This document shows positions 32,343-42,453 of a stretch of 64,000 nucleotides of DNA, piece after piece (position 1 is the stretch's first letter; each line of letters begins with the position of its first letter). Location: the NCBI GenBank assembly GCA_964547525.1, contig CAZJOD010000002.1, positions 2,404 to 66,403 of the forward strand, in the 5' to 3' direction. The notes below the pieces were generated by a model. The model was given only the letters and a program-made list of their open reading frames with translations, searched no databases and was not told the DNA's origin. The stretch is from an uncultured Clostridiaceae bacterium (lineage in GTDB: Bacteria; Bacillota; Clostridia; JAAYHZ01). The position numbers and the translations under genes are program-made.

Positions 32343-32784
32343 TACTTTTAGAATTGAAAGAACCAGGGAAGATCATATATCACAGATATATGAAATAGAA
32401 AAAGCCACATTTACGGTACCGTGGTCGAAGAACGCTTTATATCAGGATATTGTAGAAAATATGCTATCTTATTATGTAACGGCCTTTTATAAAGATAATA
32501 TTGTAGGGTACGGTGGTATGTGGATTGTGGATGACGAGGCTCATATAACAAATGTAGCCGTTCACAAAGATTATAGAGGATATGGGATAGGTAATGCTAT
32601 TTTATCCGCTCTAATTTTAAAATGTAAGATATCAAATATAAGATATATGTCGTTGGAGGTTCGGGTAAGTAATGTAACCGCTCAAAAACTCTATTTAAAA
32701 CACGGATTCGAAATAGAGGGATTAAGAAAAAGATATTATTCGGATAACCACGAAGATGCATATGTAATGTGGAAATGCTTATAG
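32335..32784 (+). CDS. rimI: ribosomal-protein-alanine N-acetyltransferase (GNAT)
   Basis: ITNVAVHKDYRGYGIGNAIL acetyl-CoA-binding motif. 149 aa. Sits in the tsaE-tsaB-rimI context. Confidence 0.85.
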   Translation: MNDTFRIERTREDHISQIYEIEKATFTVPWSKNALYQDIVENMLSYYVTAFYKDNIVGYGGMWIVDDEAHITNVAVHKDYRGYGIGNAILSALILKCKISNIRYMSLEVRVSNVTAQKLYLKHGFEIEGLRKRYYSDNHEDAYVMWKCL

Positions 32785-32859
32785 AGGTTTATGATCGTAT
32801 AACTATTTAAAATTTGGATATATAAACATATGCATATGTCAAGGAAGGGGGGTGTGCTT

Positions 32860-34680
32860 ATGTTTGACATACAGGATGAGCTGAAAAAATTACCGGATTT
32901 GCCCGGCGTATATATGATGAAAAATTCCGCGGGAAAAATTATTTATATAGGAAAGGCGCGAATTCTTAAAAACCGTGTAAAACAATATTTTACCGGCAGT
33001 AACCATGATATTAAAACCGAAGTGCTGGTTGAAAGAATAAAATCTTTCGATTATATTGTAACCGACAGTGAAGTGGAAGCTTTGATCTTGGAGTCAACAC
33101 TGATAAAGAAGCACATGCCTCATTATAACATATTATTAAAAGACGATAAATCGTTTCCCTATATCAGAGTGGATGTGGAAAACATCTATCCTACGATTAC
33201 CGTAGAAAGAAGACCTGCAGATGATAATGCAAAATACTTCGGCCCTTTTCATGTAAGTGCAACCACTTTAAATCAAATGCTAAGTATGCTGAAAAAAGTG
33301 TTTCCGATAAGGTCTTGCGATAAAAATTTCGATCGGATAGATAATATGAGACCTTGCTTGAACTACCATATTAAAAAATGTTCCGGTGTATGTACGGGAA
33401 ATGTTACAAAGGAGCGTTACAGAGTCTATGTTAAGAACATAATGGATTTTTTCAACGGAAAACATGAGGAAATAGTTAAGGATTTTGAAAATCAGATGGC
33501 AGAGGCCTCTGAAAATTTAGATTTTGAAAATGCAGCGGTAATTAGAGATAAGATCTCGCTAATTCGTTCGGTAACGGAAAAGCAAAAAATAGTCTCTGTA
33601 AACCATGAAGATATTGACTATGTAGCAGTCTATTCGGAATATGATATGTGTTGTATAGGAATTTTATACGTTAGGGACGGCAAATTGTCCGAAAAAAGGG
33701 AGTTTATTCAAAAGAATGTATTAGGAGAACCGGCGGGTGAGATTTTATCATCGTTTATGAAACAATACTATACGGCAAAAACATTGGTACCAAAGACCGT
33801 AGTTACAAATGTGGAACCGGTGGAGTCGGATTTGATATCAAGATGGTTATCCGAATCAGCCGGTAAAAACGTATCAATCCATGTACCTCAAAAAGGCAGA
33901 AAAAAGGAACTGTCCGATATGGCCGCACAAAATGCCATGATTTATCTAAAGAATTATTGTTTAAGACAAAATAACATTCACATGATAGCGGAACAAGGTC
34001 TTTACGGTTTGAAGGAAGTATTGGGATTGGAAGAATTACCGGGTAGAATAGAAGCTTATGATATATCAAACACAGGATCGTCAAATATTGTAGCAGGTAG
34101 AATAGTGTTTATAAACGGCAAAAAAGATACCGGTTCATATAGGAGATATAAGATAAAAAGCACCGAAAAACAAGATGACTATGCTTCGATGGCCGAAGTT
34201 GTTTGGAGAAGGCTTAAAGGAGAAAAAGACTTGGAAAACCTTCCTGACGTTATATTATTGGATGGAGGTAAAGGTCATGTCACAGCCGTTTCAAAAGTTT
34301 TAGAGGAATTTACGTATGATATTGTTATAGCGGGAATGGTAAAAGATGATAAACATAAAACCAAGGGGCTTATAACCGGTTGCGGGGAGTTGGACCTGAC
34401 CGGTAACGGGGTGTTGTTGCGGTTTTTATCAGGTATACAAGAAGAGGTACATCGGTATGCAATAGCTTATAATAGACTGCTGGCCGGAAAAACCATGCGA
34501 GAATCGGTGTTGGACGACATACCCGGTATAGGACCAAAGAGGAAAAAGGACTTGATTGCACATTTTCAATCGGTGGACAACATAAAAAAAGCCTCGATGT
34601 GTGAGCTTGTTAATGTGAAAGGTATAAGCGAAAGTACTGCTAAGGTTATTTTTAATTATTTCCACAACTGTGTGGAATAA
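32860..34680 (+). CDS. uvrC: excinuclease ABC subunit C
   Basis: MFDIQDELKKLPDLPGVYMMKN...GKIIYIGKA (GIY-YIG). C-terminal HhH. 606 aa. GAAGGGGGG Shine-Dalgarno. Confidence 0.93.
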   Translation: MFDIQDELKKLPDLPGVYMMKNSAGKIIYIGKARILKNRVKQYFTGSNHDIKTEVLVERIKSFDYIVTDSEVEALILESTLIKKHMPHYNILLKDDKSFPYIRVDVENIYPTITVERRPADDNAKYFGPFHVSATTLNQMLSMLKKVFPIRSCDKNFDRIDNMRPCLNYHIKKCSGVCTGNVTKERYRVYVKNIMDFFNGKHEEIVKDFENQMAEASENLDFENAAVIRDKISLIRSVTEKQKIVSVNHEDIDYVAVYSEYDMCCIGILYVRDGKLSEKREFIQKNVLGEPAGEILSSFMKQYYTAKTLVPKTVVTNVEPVESDLISRWLSESAGKNVSIHVPQKGRKKELSDMAAQNAMIYLKNYCLRQNNIHMIAEQGLYGLKEVLGLEELPGRIEAYDISNTGSSNIVAGRIVFINGKKDTGSYRRYKIKSTEKQDDYASMAEVVWRRLKGEKDLENLPDVILLDGGKGHVTAVSKVLEEFTYDIVIAGMVKDDKHKTKGLITGCGELDLTGNGVLLRFLSGIQEEVHRYAIAYNRLLAGKTMRESVLDDIPGIGPKRKKDLIAHFQSVDNIKKASMCELVNVKGISESTAKVIFNYFHNCVE

Positions 34681-34712
34681 ACGGTTATTATATGGAATAA
34701 ACGGTGATAATT

Positions 34713-35429
34713 ATGAAAATTTATGCTATATCCGATTTGCATTTATCTTTGGGGGTTGATAAACCTATGGATATTTTCGGTTATTCATGGCAAGGATATA
34801 TGGAAAGAATAAAAGAAAATTGGAATGCAACGGTAAAAGAAGAGGACATGGTCGTTATTCCCGGAGATATATCTTGGGCTATGCGACTTGAAGAAGCCAG
34901 GAATGATTTTCTATTTATAGAAGGTTTGAAGGGTAGAAAAATTATAAGTAAAGGCAATCACGATTATTGGTGGAGCGGAACACATAAAATGAATGAAATT
35001 TTTGTAAAATGGGGTATAAACAGTGTGAGTGTTTTGCACAATAATTCTTATGAGACCGATGACTATGTCATATGTGGTACACGGGGATGGAAACACCCGA
35101 TGAGTACGGATTTCACTGATTTAGACGCCAAGATATACCAAAGGGAGTACGGGAGATTGAAACTTTCTTTCGAAAGTGTTAAGGCAAAAGAAAAGCCTGT
35201 AATATGTGCATTGCATTATCCCCCCTTCGGGCCTGCCGGCGAGGAGTCGGATTTTGTGTTATTAATGAAACATTTTAATGTAAAGGTATGTGTTTATGGG
35301 CATATACATAAGAATTTCGAAAGTGAATATATTGTGCAAGGTAATAAGGACGGAATAATTTATCACCTCGTATCAAGTGATTACTTGAAATTTAATGTAA
35401 GACGGATAAAATCCGAAATATCGGTATGA
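34713..35429 (+). CDS. metallophosphoesterase (calcineurin-like)
   Basis: MKIYAISDLHLS...GNHDYW motifs. 238 aa. Confidence 0.8.
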   Translation: MKIYAISDLHLSLGVDKPMDIFGYSWQGYMERIKENWNATVKEEDMVVIPGDISWAMRLEEARNDFLFIEGLKGRKIISKGNHDYWWSGTHKMNEIFVKWGINSVSVLHNNSYETDDYVICGTRGWKHPMSTDFTDLDAKIYQREYGRLKLSFESVKAKEKPVICALHYPPFGPAGEESDFVLLMKHFNVKVCVYGHIHKNFESEYIVQGNKDGIIYHLVSSDYLKFNVRRIKSEISV

Positions 35430-35576
35430 TTAAAAGAGAAAAGTACAATGTTCGTTTAAACTGCCGAATAATAAAAATCTTATTGATTTTATAATCGGTT
35501 ATGTTATAATATACAAGTTAAACTGTCAAGTTTACTAAAAGAGTAATATAATGTTATTGATCGGAGGCAATTAGGA

Positions 35577-36968
35577 ATGAGCGTTAAGCTGGAAAGACCG
35601 GAAAAAAATATAGTAGTGCTTGAAATAGAAGTTGAGAATGAAGTGTTTAAAGATGGTATGAGAAGATCATACAATAAGAATCGCGGTAGGTTCAATGTAC
35701 CCGGATTTAGAAAAGGTAAAGCTCCGCAAGCGATGATAGAAAGAATGTATGGTGAAGAAGTTTTATATGAAGATGCCATTAACTTTATTATCCCGGATAA
35801 ATATGACCAAGCGGTTTTGGAGACTAAGATCGAACCGGTCGAAAGGCCTAAAATAGATATAAAAGAAGTAGGAAGAGATAAAAATTTCGTTTTTACGGCA
35901 ACAGTAACCGTTAAACCTGAAGTGTTTATTACAGAGTATAAGGGTGTGGAAGCCGAAAAAATTATCTTCAAGATTGAAGATAAGGATGTTCAAAGCGAGA
36001 TTGATACGGTTGTAAAGAGAAACTCCAGAAAAGTTACTGTCGAAGGAAGAGCGGTTCAAGATAAGGATACTGTTAATATCGACTATGAAGGCTTTGTCGA
36101 CGGAGTACCTTTCCAAGGGGGAAAAGCCGAGGGACATGATTTGGTTATCGGATCCGGTTCATTCATTCCTGGTTTTGAAGAACAATTGATAGGAAAGAAC
36201 ACAGGAGATGAGACCGAGATTAATGTAACTTTCCCTGAAGAATATCATAGCGAAGAAGTAGCCGGAAAAGAAGCTGTCTTCAAGGTAAAGATAAACCAAA
36301 TAACAACTACCGAATATCCGGAATTAGATGATGAATTTGCAAAAGATGTCAGTGAGTTTGATACTTTGGAAGAATATAAAGCAGACATCATGAAAAAACT
36401 ACAAAAACAGGCCGATAGTATGTCAAAAAACGGAACAGAAGATAATGTCATAAAAGAAGTGTTAAAAAATACCGAAATTGATGTTCCGGATGTGATGATT
36501 CAGCATACAATAGACCGATATGTAAATGAAATGGCTATGAGGCTTCAATATCAATTCCAAGGGTTGACAATGGAGAAGTACTTGGAATATATGGGAAGAA
36601 CAATGGAGGAGTTCAGAGAGGAAAGCAAGGAACGTGCAATAAACGAATTGAAAACATCACTGATGCTTGAAAAAATCGTAGAGTTGGAAAATATCAAAAC
36701 TGACGATCAAAGGCTTGATGAAGAATTGAAAAAGACTGCCGAAGCATACGGTCAAGACTTAGAGACGTTTAAACAGCGTTTAAGAGATGATGATATAGAA
36801 TACTACAGAGCGGAAATAAGTAAACAAATAGCGGTTGAATTCTTAACTGAAAATGCTAAATTGACTGAAGTTGAAAGAAAATTCAGGGAAGATCCGAAAC
36901 GGGATTCCGAAGATGAACCGGCTATTGAAAATGTGGAAGATGAAAAGATTGATTCTGTAGAAGAATAG
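35577..36968 (+). CDS. tig: trigger factor
   Basis: 463 aa. MSVKLERPEKNIVVLEIEVENE... PPIase domain ...GFRKGKAPQAMIE. Sits in the tig-clpP-clpX context. Confidence 0.93.
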   Translation: MSVKLERPEKNIVVLEIEVENEVFKDGMRRSYNKNRGRFNVPGFRKGKAPQAMIERMYGEEVLYEDAINFIIPDKYDQAVLETKIEPVERPKIDIKEVGRDKNFVFTATVTVKPEVFITEYKGVEAEKIIFKIEDKDVQSEIDTVVKRNSRKVTVEGRAVQDKDTVNIDYEGFVDGVPFQGGKAEGHDLVIGSGSFIPGFEEQLIGKNTGDETEINVTFPEEYHSEEVAGKEAVFKVKINQITTTEYPELDDEFAKDVSEFDTLEEYKADIMKKLQKQADSMSKNGTEDNVIKEVLKNTEIDVPDVMIQHTIDRYVNEMAMRLQYQFQGLTMEKYLEYMGRTMEEFREESKERAINELKTSLMLEKIVELENIKTDDQRLDEELKKTAEAYGQDLETFKQRLRDDDIEYYRAEISKQIAVEFLTENAKLTEVERKFREDPKRDSEDEPAIENVEDEKIDSVEE

Positions 36969-37073
36969 AACGATTCCGTTGAATAAAGAATAAAACCTGT
37001 TTCGGAAGCGGGTAATATTGGATTAAATGTATAATTATAATTTAATTGTACGTAAAATATATAATGTAACTTT

Positions 37074-37091
37074 ATTGACGGTATTATGACA
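37074..37091 (+). promoter_or_regulatory. degenerate CtsR-like heptad repeat upstream of clpP (tentative)
   Basis: ATTGACGGTATTATGACA versus the reverse-complement CtsR box TTTGACCnTnTTTGACC. Several mismatches. Confidence 0.3.
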
Positions 37092-37113
37092 TATGTTTGA
37101 AAGGAGATAAGAT

Positions 37114-37707
37114 ATGGATATGAATTTGGTTCCAATGGTTATAGAACAAACTAGTAGAGGTGAAAGATCATATGACATATATTCCAGGTTGTTAAAATCA
37201 AGGATCATAGTATTAAGTGATCAAGTGAATGATATTACGGCAAGTCTTATTGTCGCTCAGTTGATTTATCTTGAACATGAAGATCCCGACCGTGATATTA
37301 CTTTATATATTAACAGCCCGGGTGGATCTATAACATCCGGATTTGCCATATATGACACTATGCAATATATTAAGCCGGACGTTTCAACCATTTGTATCGG
37401 TATGGCTGCAAGCATGGGTGCGTTTTTATTGGCGGCAGGGAAAAAAGGTAAAAGATACGCTTTACCGAACAGTGAAATTATGATCCATCAACCTTTAGGA
37501 GGTGTGCAAGGTCAGGCTACTGACATTAAAATACATACCGAAAGGTTAATGAGGATCAAGGACAGTTTAAATGGTATATTAAGTCAGAATACAGGTCAAC
37601 CACTGGAAAGGATAGTAAAAGACGTGGAACGTGATTATTTTATGACATCACAGGAAGCTATGGAATACGGGATAATTGACAAGGTGATGACTTTTAGACA
37701 GGAATAG
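37114..37707 (+). CDS. clpP: ATP-dependent Clp protease proteolytic subunit
   Basis: [24 protein letters not shown]...[11 protein letters not shown] (Ser active site)...MIHQPLGG (His). Confidence 0.96.
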   Translation: MDMNLVPMVIEQTSRGERSYDIYSRLLKSRIIVLSDQVNDITASLIVAQLIYLEHEDPDRDITLYINSPGGSITSGFAIYDTMQYIKPDVSTICIGMAASMGAFLLAAGKKGKRYALPNSEIMIHQPLGGVQGQATDIKIHTERLMRIKDSLNGILSQNTGQPLERIVKDVERDYFMTSQEAMEYGIIDKVMTFRQE

Positions 37708-37723
37708 AAAATCGAGGTGAAAA

Positions 37724-38992
37724 ATGGCGAAAAACGATGATTATAAACGCATGAAATGTTCGTTTTGTGGTAAGTCCCAAGACGAAGTTAGAAAACTCAT
37801 ACAAGGGCCGGGTGTATACATTTGTGACGAATGCATAGAACTTTGCAGTGAGATCATAGATGAAGAACCCGCCGATTTCGATAATGAATTTGAGTTTAAT
37901 TTCGACAAGATTCCAAAACCGAAGGAAATCATGGAGACGTTTAACAAATATGTTATCGGCCAGGATGAAGCGAAAAAAGCATTAGCTGTCGCCGTATATA
38001 ATCATTACAAAAGAATCAACTCCGGAGCGAATAACGATGAAGTTGAATTACAAAAGAGCAATATTATAATGATCGGTCCGACCGGTTGCGGTAAGACTTT
38101 GTTGGCGCAAACACTTTCTAAAATTTTAAATGTTCCTTTCGCCATAGCTGATGCTACTTCTTTAACAGAAGCCGGATATGTGGGAGAAGATGTAGAAAAT
38201 ATTCTTTTGCGTTTGATTCAGGCTGCAGACTACGATATTGAAAAAGCTGAAAAAGGAATCATTTATTTGGATGAAGTTGATAAAATCGCTCGCAAATCGG
38301 ATAATCCCTCAATTACCCGGGATGTAAGCGGTGAAGGTGTACAACAAGCTTTGCTAAAGATATTTGAAGGTACAGTGGCTTCGGTTCCGCCTTTAGGGGG
38401 TAGAAAACATCCACAGCAAGAATTTATACAGTTAGATACCTCCAACATATTGTTTATATGTGGTGGAGCTTTTGACGGAATCGAGGAGATAATTAAAAAT
38501 AGAATCGGTAAGAGTACAATGGGTTTTGGTGGCAGCTTAAAAAAGACCGCCCAAGATATTAATATTTTAACCGATATAACTCCGCAGGATCTTTTAAAAT
38601 ACGGCTTAATACCTGAGTTTGTAGGAAGATTACCTGTTATAGTAGGATTACACGAGTTAGATAAGCAAGCGCTGATCAGAATTTTGACCGAACCGAAAAA
38701 TTCATTAGTTAAGCAATACCAATCGTTATTTGAAATGGATAATGTCAAATTGGAAATAGAACAAGAGGCGTTAATTTCAGTAGCGGAAAAATCAATAGAG
38801 AGAAAAACAGGAGCCAGAGGTTTAAGAGCGATCTTAGAAGAAGTAATGCGGGATATTATGTATGAACTACCATCAAGAGATGATGTGGAAAAGTGTATAA
38901 TTACATCTTCTACTATACTCAAAAAAGAACCGCCCGCCCTGGTCTTAGGTAAAAGAGCTAATAAGCTTGCAAATAAAAAAGATATCGGTTAA
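37724..38992 (+). CDS. clpX: ATP-dependent Clp protease ATP-binding subunit ClpX
   Basis: [30 protein letters not shown] zinc-binding domain. [14 protein letters not shown] Walker A. Confidence 0.96.
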   Translation: MAKNDDYKRMKCSFCGKSQDEVRKLIQGPGVYICDECIELCSEIIDEEPADFDNEFEFNFDKIPKPKEIMETFNKYVIGQDEAKKALAVAVYNHYKRINSGANNDEVELQKSNIIMIGPTGCGKTLLAQTLSKILNVPFAIADATSLTEAGYVGEDVENILLRLIQAADYDIEKAEKGIIYLDEVDKIARKSDNPSITRDVSGEGVQQALLKIFEGTVASVPPLGGRKHPQQEFIQLDTSNILFICGGAFDGIEEIIKNRIGKSTMGFGGSLKKTAQDINILTDITPQDLLKYGLIPEFVGRLPVIVGLHELDKQALIRILTEPKNSLVKQYQSLFEMDNVKLEIEQEALISVAEKSIERKTGARGLRAILEEVMRDIMYELPSRDDVEKCIITSSTILKKEPPALVLGKRANKLANKKDIG

Positions 38993-39142
38993 ACCGATAT
39001 CTTTTTACTTGAAATAGCTTATTTCAACATCTATATTACTCTTTAAAATGAATATTATTCGTTGCATATACTTTTTTTTATCAGTATAATTGGATTTCAG
39101 ACAAATATTATATATAATAATACGATTCAGGGGGTATCGACG

Positions 39143-39952
39143 GTGAGTATCTTAGAAGGTTTATTTTTGGGTATTTTGCAGGGATTGACCGAATTCCTGC
39201 CGGTCAGTAGTTCAGGGCACTTGGTAATGTTTCAGAATTTATTGGGCATAGAAGAAGGAGCGTTTACGTTTGGTATATGTGTACATTTCGCTACTCTTGT
39301 TGCGGTATGTGCCGTTTATTATAAAGATATAGTAAAGTTAATAAAGAATCCGTTGTCAAAACCCGTTCTGCTTATTATTGTAGGAACCGTACCTGCCGTT
39401 ATTGCGGCTGTGTTTTTAGAGGATTTATTAAGGGAATATTTTGATACCGGAAAATCTTTGGGTATAGGCTTTTTATTTACAGCAACGGTATTATTGATCT
39501 CATCAAAAATACACACGGGTAAAAAGACAATGGATACGACTAAAACAAAAGATGCTTTGATAATTGGATTCGCTCAAGCTGTAGCACTTTTCCCTGCGGT
39601 ATCGCGTTCTGGTATGACTATAACCACGTCTTTGGCTAGAGGCATAAAAAGAGAAGAAGCATCCAAATTCTCATTTCTGTTATCGGTACCGGTTATTTTA
39701 GGAGCTGTGGTTATGGATGTGTACGGATTGTTAAAAGAGCCCGGCTTGCTAGAAGAAAGCATTAATACCGGACCGTTTCTGGTCGGTATAATTGCAGCCG
39801 GTGTCAGTGGGTATTTTGCCATTAGATTTATGATAAAGGTAATAAATAAAGGGAAGTTGAAATATTTTTCTTATTATTTATACATAGTAGCCGCTTTAGT
39901 GCTTTTCGATCAGTTATTTATCGGTAAACTGTTTCCGAAATTGTTCGGGTAA
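39143..39952 (+). CDS. uppP: undecaprenyl-diphosphatase (BacA/UppP)
   Basis: GTG start 8 nt after GGGGG. SILEGLFLGILQGLTEFLPVSSSGHL is the UppP signature. Multi-TM. Confidence 0.9.
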   Translation: MSILEGLFLGILQGLTEFLPVSSSGHLVMFQNLLGIEEGAFTFGICVHFATLVAVCAVYYKDIVKLIKNPLSKPVLLIIVGTVPAVIAAVFLEDLLREYFDTGKSLGIGFLFTATVLLISSKIHTGKKTMDTTKTKDALIIGFAQAVALFPAVSRSGMTITTSLARGIKREEASKFSFLLSVPVILGAVVMDVYGLLKEPGLLEESINTGPFLVGIIAAGVSGYFAIRFMIKVINKGKLKYFSYYLYIVAALVLFDQLFIGKLFPKLFG

Positions 39953-40003
39953 GACACAGTTTGACATTTGGATTAACTTTTAAGCTATAGGTGATTAGTA
40001 TTG

Positions 40004-41023
40004 ATGGATAAATATATATTAGGAATTGAATCGACATGTGACGAGACGGCGTGTGCCGTTGTTAAAGCCGGTCGTGTCTTGGTATCAAGTGTGATCTCTT
40101 CACAAATAGAGTTGCACAGGCTATACGGAGGGGTGGTGCCTGAGATTGCATCACGTAAGCATGTAGAAAATATCATACCTGTTTTAGACGACTGTATGAT
40201 TAAAGCCGGAATGGATATCTCGGAAATACAAGCCGTAGCTGTGTCCTACGGACCGGGACTTGTGGGAGCGTTGCTAACCGGCATATCTGTGGCCAAGGCG
40301 ATCGCTTGGGCACTAGACATCCCTTTGATGGGTGTCAATCATATTGAAGGACATATTTTTGCTAACTTTTTAACCCATAAAGATCTAAAACCTCCTTTTA
40401 TAGCATTGGTAGCATCCGGAGGACATAGCCATATAATACATGTAAAAGATTACCTAACATATGAGATTATGGGAAAAACAAGAGATGACGCTGCAGGAGA
40501 AGCCTTCGACAAAACAGCTAGAGTTTTAGGTTTAGGATATCCCGGAGGACCTATGATAGATAAAATAGCTAAAGCCGGTGATGAGAACTATGTGTCTTTT
40601 CCAAAAACACGTTTTTCCGATAATCTCTACGATTTCAGTTTTTCAGGTGTAAAAACCGCAGTTATTAATCATATTAATACATTAAATATGAAGAAACAAC
40701 CTGTTAATGTAAATGATATTGCAGCGTCGTTTCAGAAAGCTGTAACAGATGTATTAACCGAAAACACCATAGCCGCAGCAAAGACTGTAGGTTTAAAAAC
40801 CGTATGTCTTGCAGGTGGTGTATCGGCAAATTCAGTTCTGCGAAAGAAAATGAAAGAAGCCGGGGAGAAAAACAATATAGAAGTATTTTATCCGGATATA
40901 GTATATTGCACCGATAATGCGGCTATGATTGCATCGGCAGGATATTACCGGCTGGAAAAAGGTATATTCTCGGATCTGTCCCTTAACGCCATACCCGGCT
41001 TGAGAATTGATAGCTGTGGATAA
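40004..41023 (+). CDS. tsaD: tRNA N6-adenosine threonylcarbamoyltransferase
   Basis: [20 protein letters not shown]...[10 protein letters not shown] metal-binding motif. 339 aa. Confidence 0.95.
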   Translation: MDKYILGIESTCDETACAVVKAGRVLVSSVISSQIELHRLYGGVVPEIASRKHVENIIPVLDDCMIKAGMDISEIQAVAVSYGPGLVGALLTGISVAKAIAWALDIPLMGVNHIEGHIFANFLTHKDLKPPFIALVASGGHSHIIHVKDYLTYEIMGKTRDDAAGEAFDKTARVLGLGYPGGPMIDKIAKAGDENYVSFPKTRFSDNLYDFSFSGVKTAVINHINTLNMKKQPVNVNDIAASFQKAVTDVLTENTIAAAKTVGLKTVCLAGGVSANSVLRKKMKEAGEKNNIEVFYPDIVYCTDNAAMIASAGYYRLEKGIFSDLSLNAIPGLRIDSCG

Positions 41024-41054
41024 ATATGTGGATAACAGAAAAAAATGTGGAATA
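41015..41054 (+). promoter_or_regulatory. cluster of DnaA boxes (two perfect TGTGGATAA plus one TGTGGAATA)
   Basis: TGTGGATAA at 41015-41023 (overlapping the tsaD stop) and at 41027-41035. TGTGGAATA at 41046-41054. All in the same orientation. Confidence 0.5.
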
Positions 41055-41200
41055 AGTATTAAAATCAGCAAAACATTATATAATCTGAAAAATTTCATAA
41101 GTGCTGTTTGAAAGTTTCAGTAGTTATTGGCACTTGACATGTCCTGCCAAAAGGTATAGTATTTTTGATGTTATAATACAAGAAACGGAAGTGAATTTAT

Positions 41201-42040
41201 ATGGCTGATTGTAATAGTTGTCCGAGCAAAAACCAATGCTCTACGGCGGACAAGGAGAAATGTCAGGATACGAGTTTGTTGTTTCAACAAAACTCTTTAA
41301 GTGAGATAAAAAGAGTTATTCCTGTGGTAAGTGGCAAAGGAGGAGTAGGTAAATCGTCTATAACGGCTATGTTGGCTGTTTTGATGAGTAGAAGGGGCTA
41401 TAGGACTGCAATATTGGATGCAGATGTTACAGGACCGTCCATTCCCAAAATGTTCGGGCTTAAAGCGGGGGTAAAAGGAAATGAATCCGGCTTGTATCCC
41501 GTTAGAACACATAACAATATAGCGGTCATGTCGGTTAATCTTTTATTAGAACAGGAAGATCAACCGGTTGTATGGCGTGGGCCGATTATATCAGGAACAG
41601 TTAAACAATTTTGGACAGACGTTTTGTGGGAAGATGTAGATTATATGTTTGTGGACATGCCTCCGGGAACGGGCGATGTTCCGTTGACCATATTCCAGTC
41701 ATTACCTGTGGACGGAGTAATAATAGCCACTTCCCCTCAAGAATTGGTATCGGTCATAGTAAGAAAAGCCTATAACATGGCTAAAAAGATGAATATCAAT
41801 GTGGCTGGAATAATTGAAAATATGAGTTATGTATTGTGTCCCGACTGTGGCAGGAAAATTGATGTTTTCGGTAAAAGTAAGACTGATGAAACCGCACGCA
41901 CATTGAATTTGGATGTGTTAGGTAAAATACCTATGGATGCGAGAATCGCCGAATTATGTGACGCAGGTGAAATCGAAAAGTTCTCAGCAAATTATTTGGA
42001 TGAATGTATTAGAAAGTTGGAAGAAAAGTATCCGGTATGA
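41201..42040 (+). CDS. Mrp/ApbC-family iron-sulfur cluster carrier ATPase
   Basis: N-terminal CNSCPSKNQC. VVSGKGGVGKSSITAMLA deviant Walker A. 279 aa. Confidence 0.88.
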   Translation: MADCNSCPSKNQCSTADKEKCQDTSLLFQQNSLSEIKRVIPVVSGKGGVGKSSITAMLAVLMSRRGYRTAILDADVTGPSIPKMFGLKAGVKGNESGLYPVRTHNNIAVMSVNLLLEQEDQPVVWRGPIISGTVKQFWTDVLWEDVDYMFVDMPPGTGDVPLTIFQSLPVDGVIIATSPQELVSVIVRKAYNMAKKMNINVAGIIENMSYVLCPDCGRKIDVFGKSKTDETARTLNLDVLGKIPMDARIAELCDAGEIEKFSANYLDECIRKLEEKYPV

Positions 42041-42453
42041 AAAGTTATTATGAAAAAATAGTCGTACGGTACGCCGAGACCGATCAAATGGGCATAGCAC
42101 ATCATTCGTGCTATCCCGTCTGGTTTGAGGCGGCAAGAACAGGTTTTATAAAAATGTTGGGAATGTCCTATTCGGAGGTTGAAAGCCGAGGGCTGTTGTT
42201 GCCGTTAGCCGAATTGAATGTTAAATACAGATCGGGTTCATATTATGAAGATCAATTATGGGTAAAGGTTGAAACTGTAAAACTCACAGGAGCCAGAATA
42301 GTATTCGGGTATGAAATAACAAGAGATCGAGACAAAGCCTTAATAGCAACGGGTTCAACAACTCACGCTTTTACCGATCAAAATATAAAAATAATAAACA
42401 TTATGAAAACTCATAAAGATATATACGATTTATTAGCTACCTCACTAGTATAA
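42037..42453 (+). CDS. acyl-CoA thioesterase (4HBT/YbgC-like hotdog fold)
   Basis: YEKIVVRYAETDQMGIAHHSCYPVWFEAAR is the hotdog thioesterase signature. 138 aa. Confidence 0.85.
   Translation: MKSYYEKIVVRYAETDQMGIAHHSCYPVWFEAARTGFIKMLGMSYSEVESRGLLLPLAELNVKYRSGSYYEDQLWVKVETVKLTGARIVFGYEITRDRDKALIATGSTTHAFTDQNIKIINIMKTHKDIYDLLATSLV

Noticed and set aside
35504-35971. 155-aa minus-strand ORF overlapping the tig start
   Set aside because: Antisense to trigger factor. Ser/Thr/Leu-rich.
38263-38922. 219-aa minus-strand ORF inside clpX
   Set aside because: Antisense shadow ORF of clpX. Ser/Ile-rich and not protein-like.
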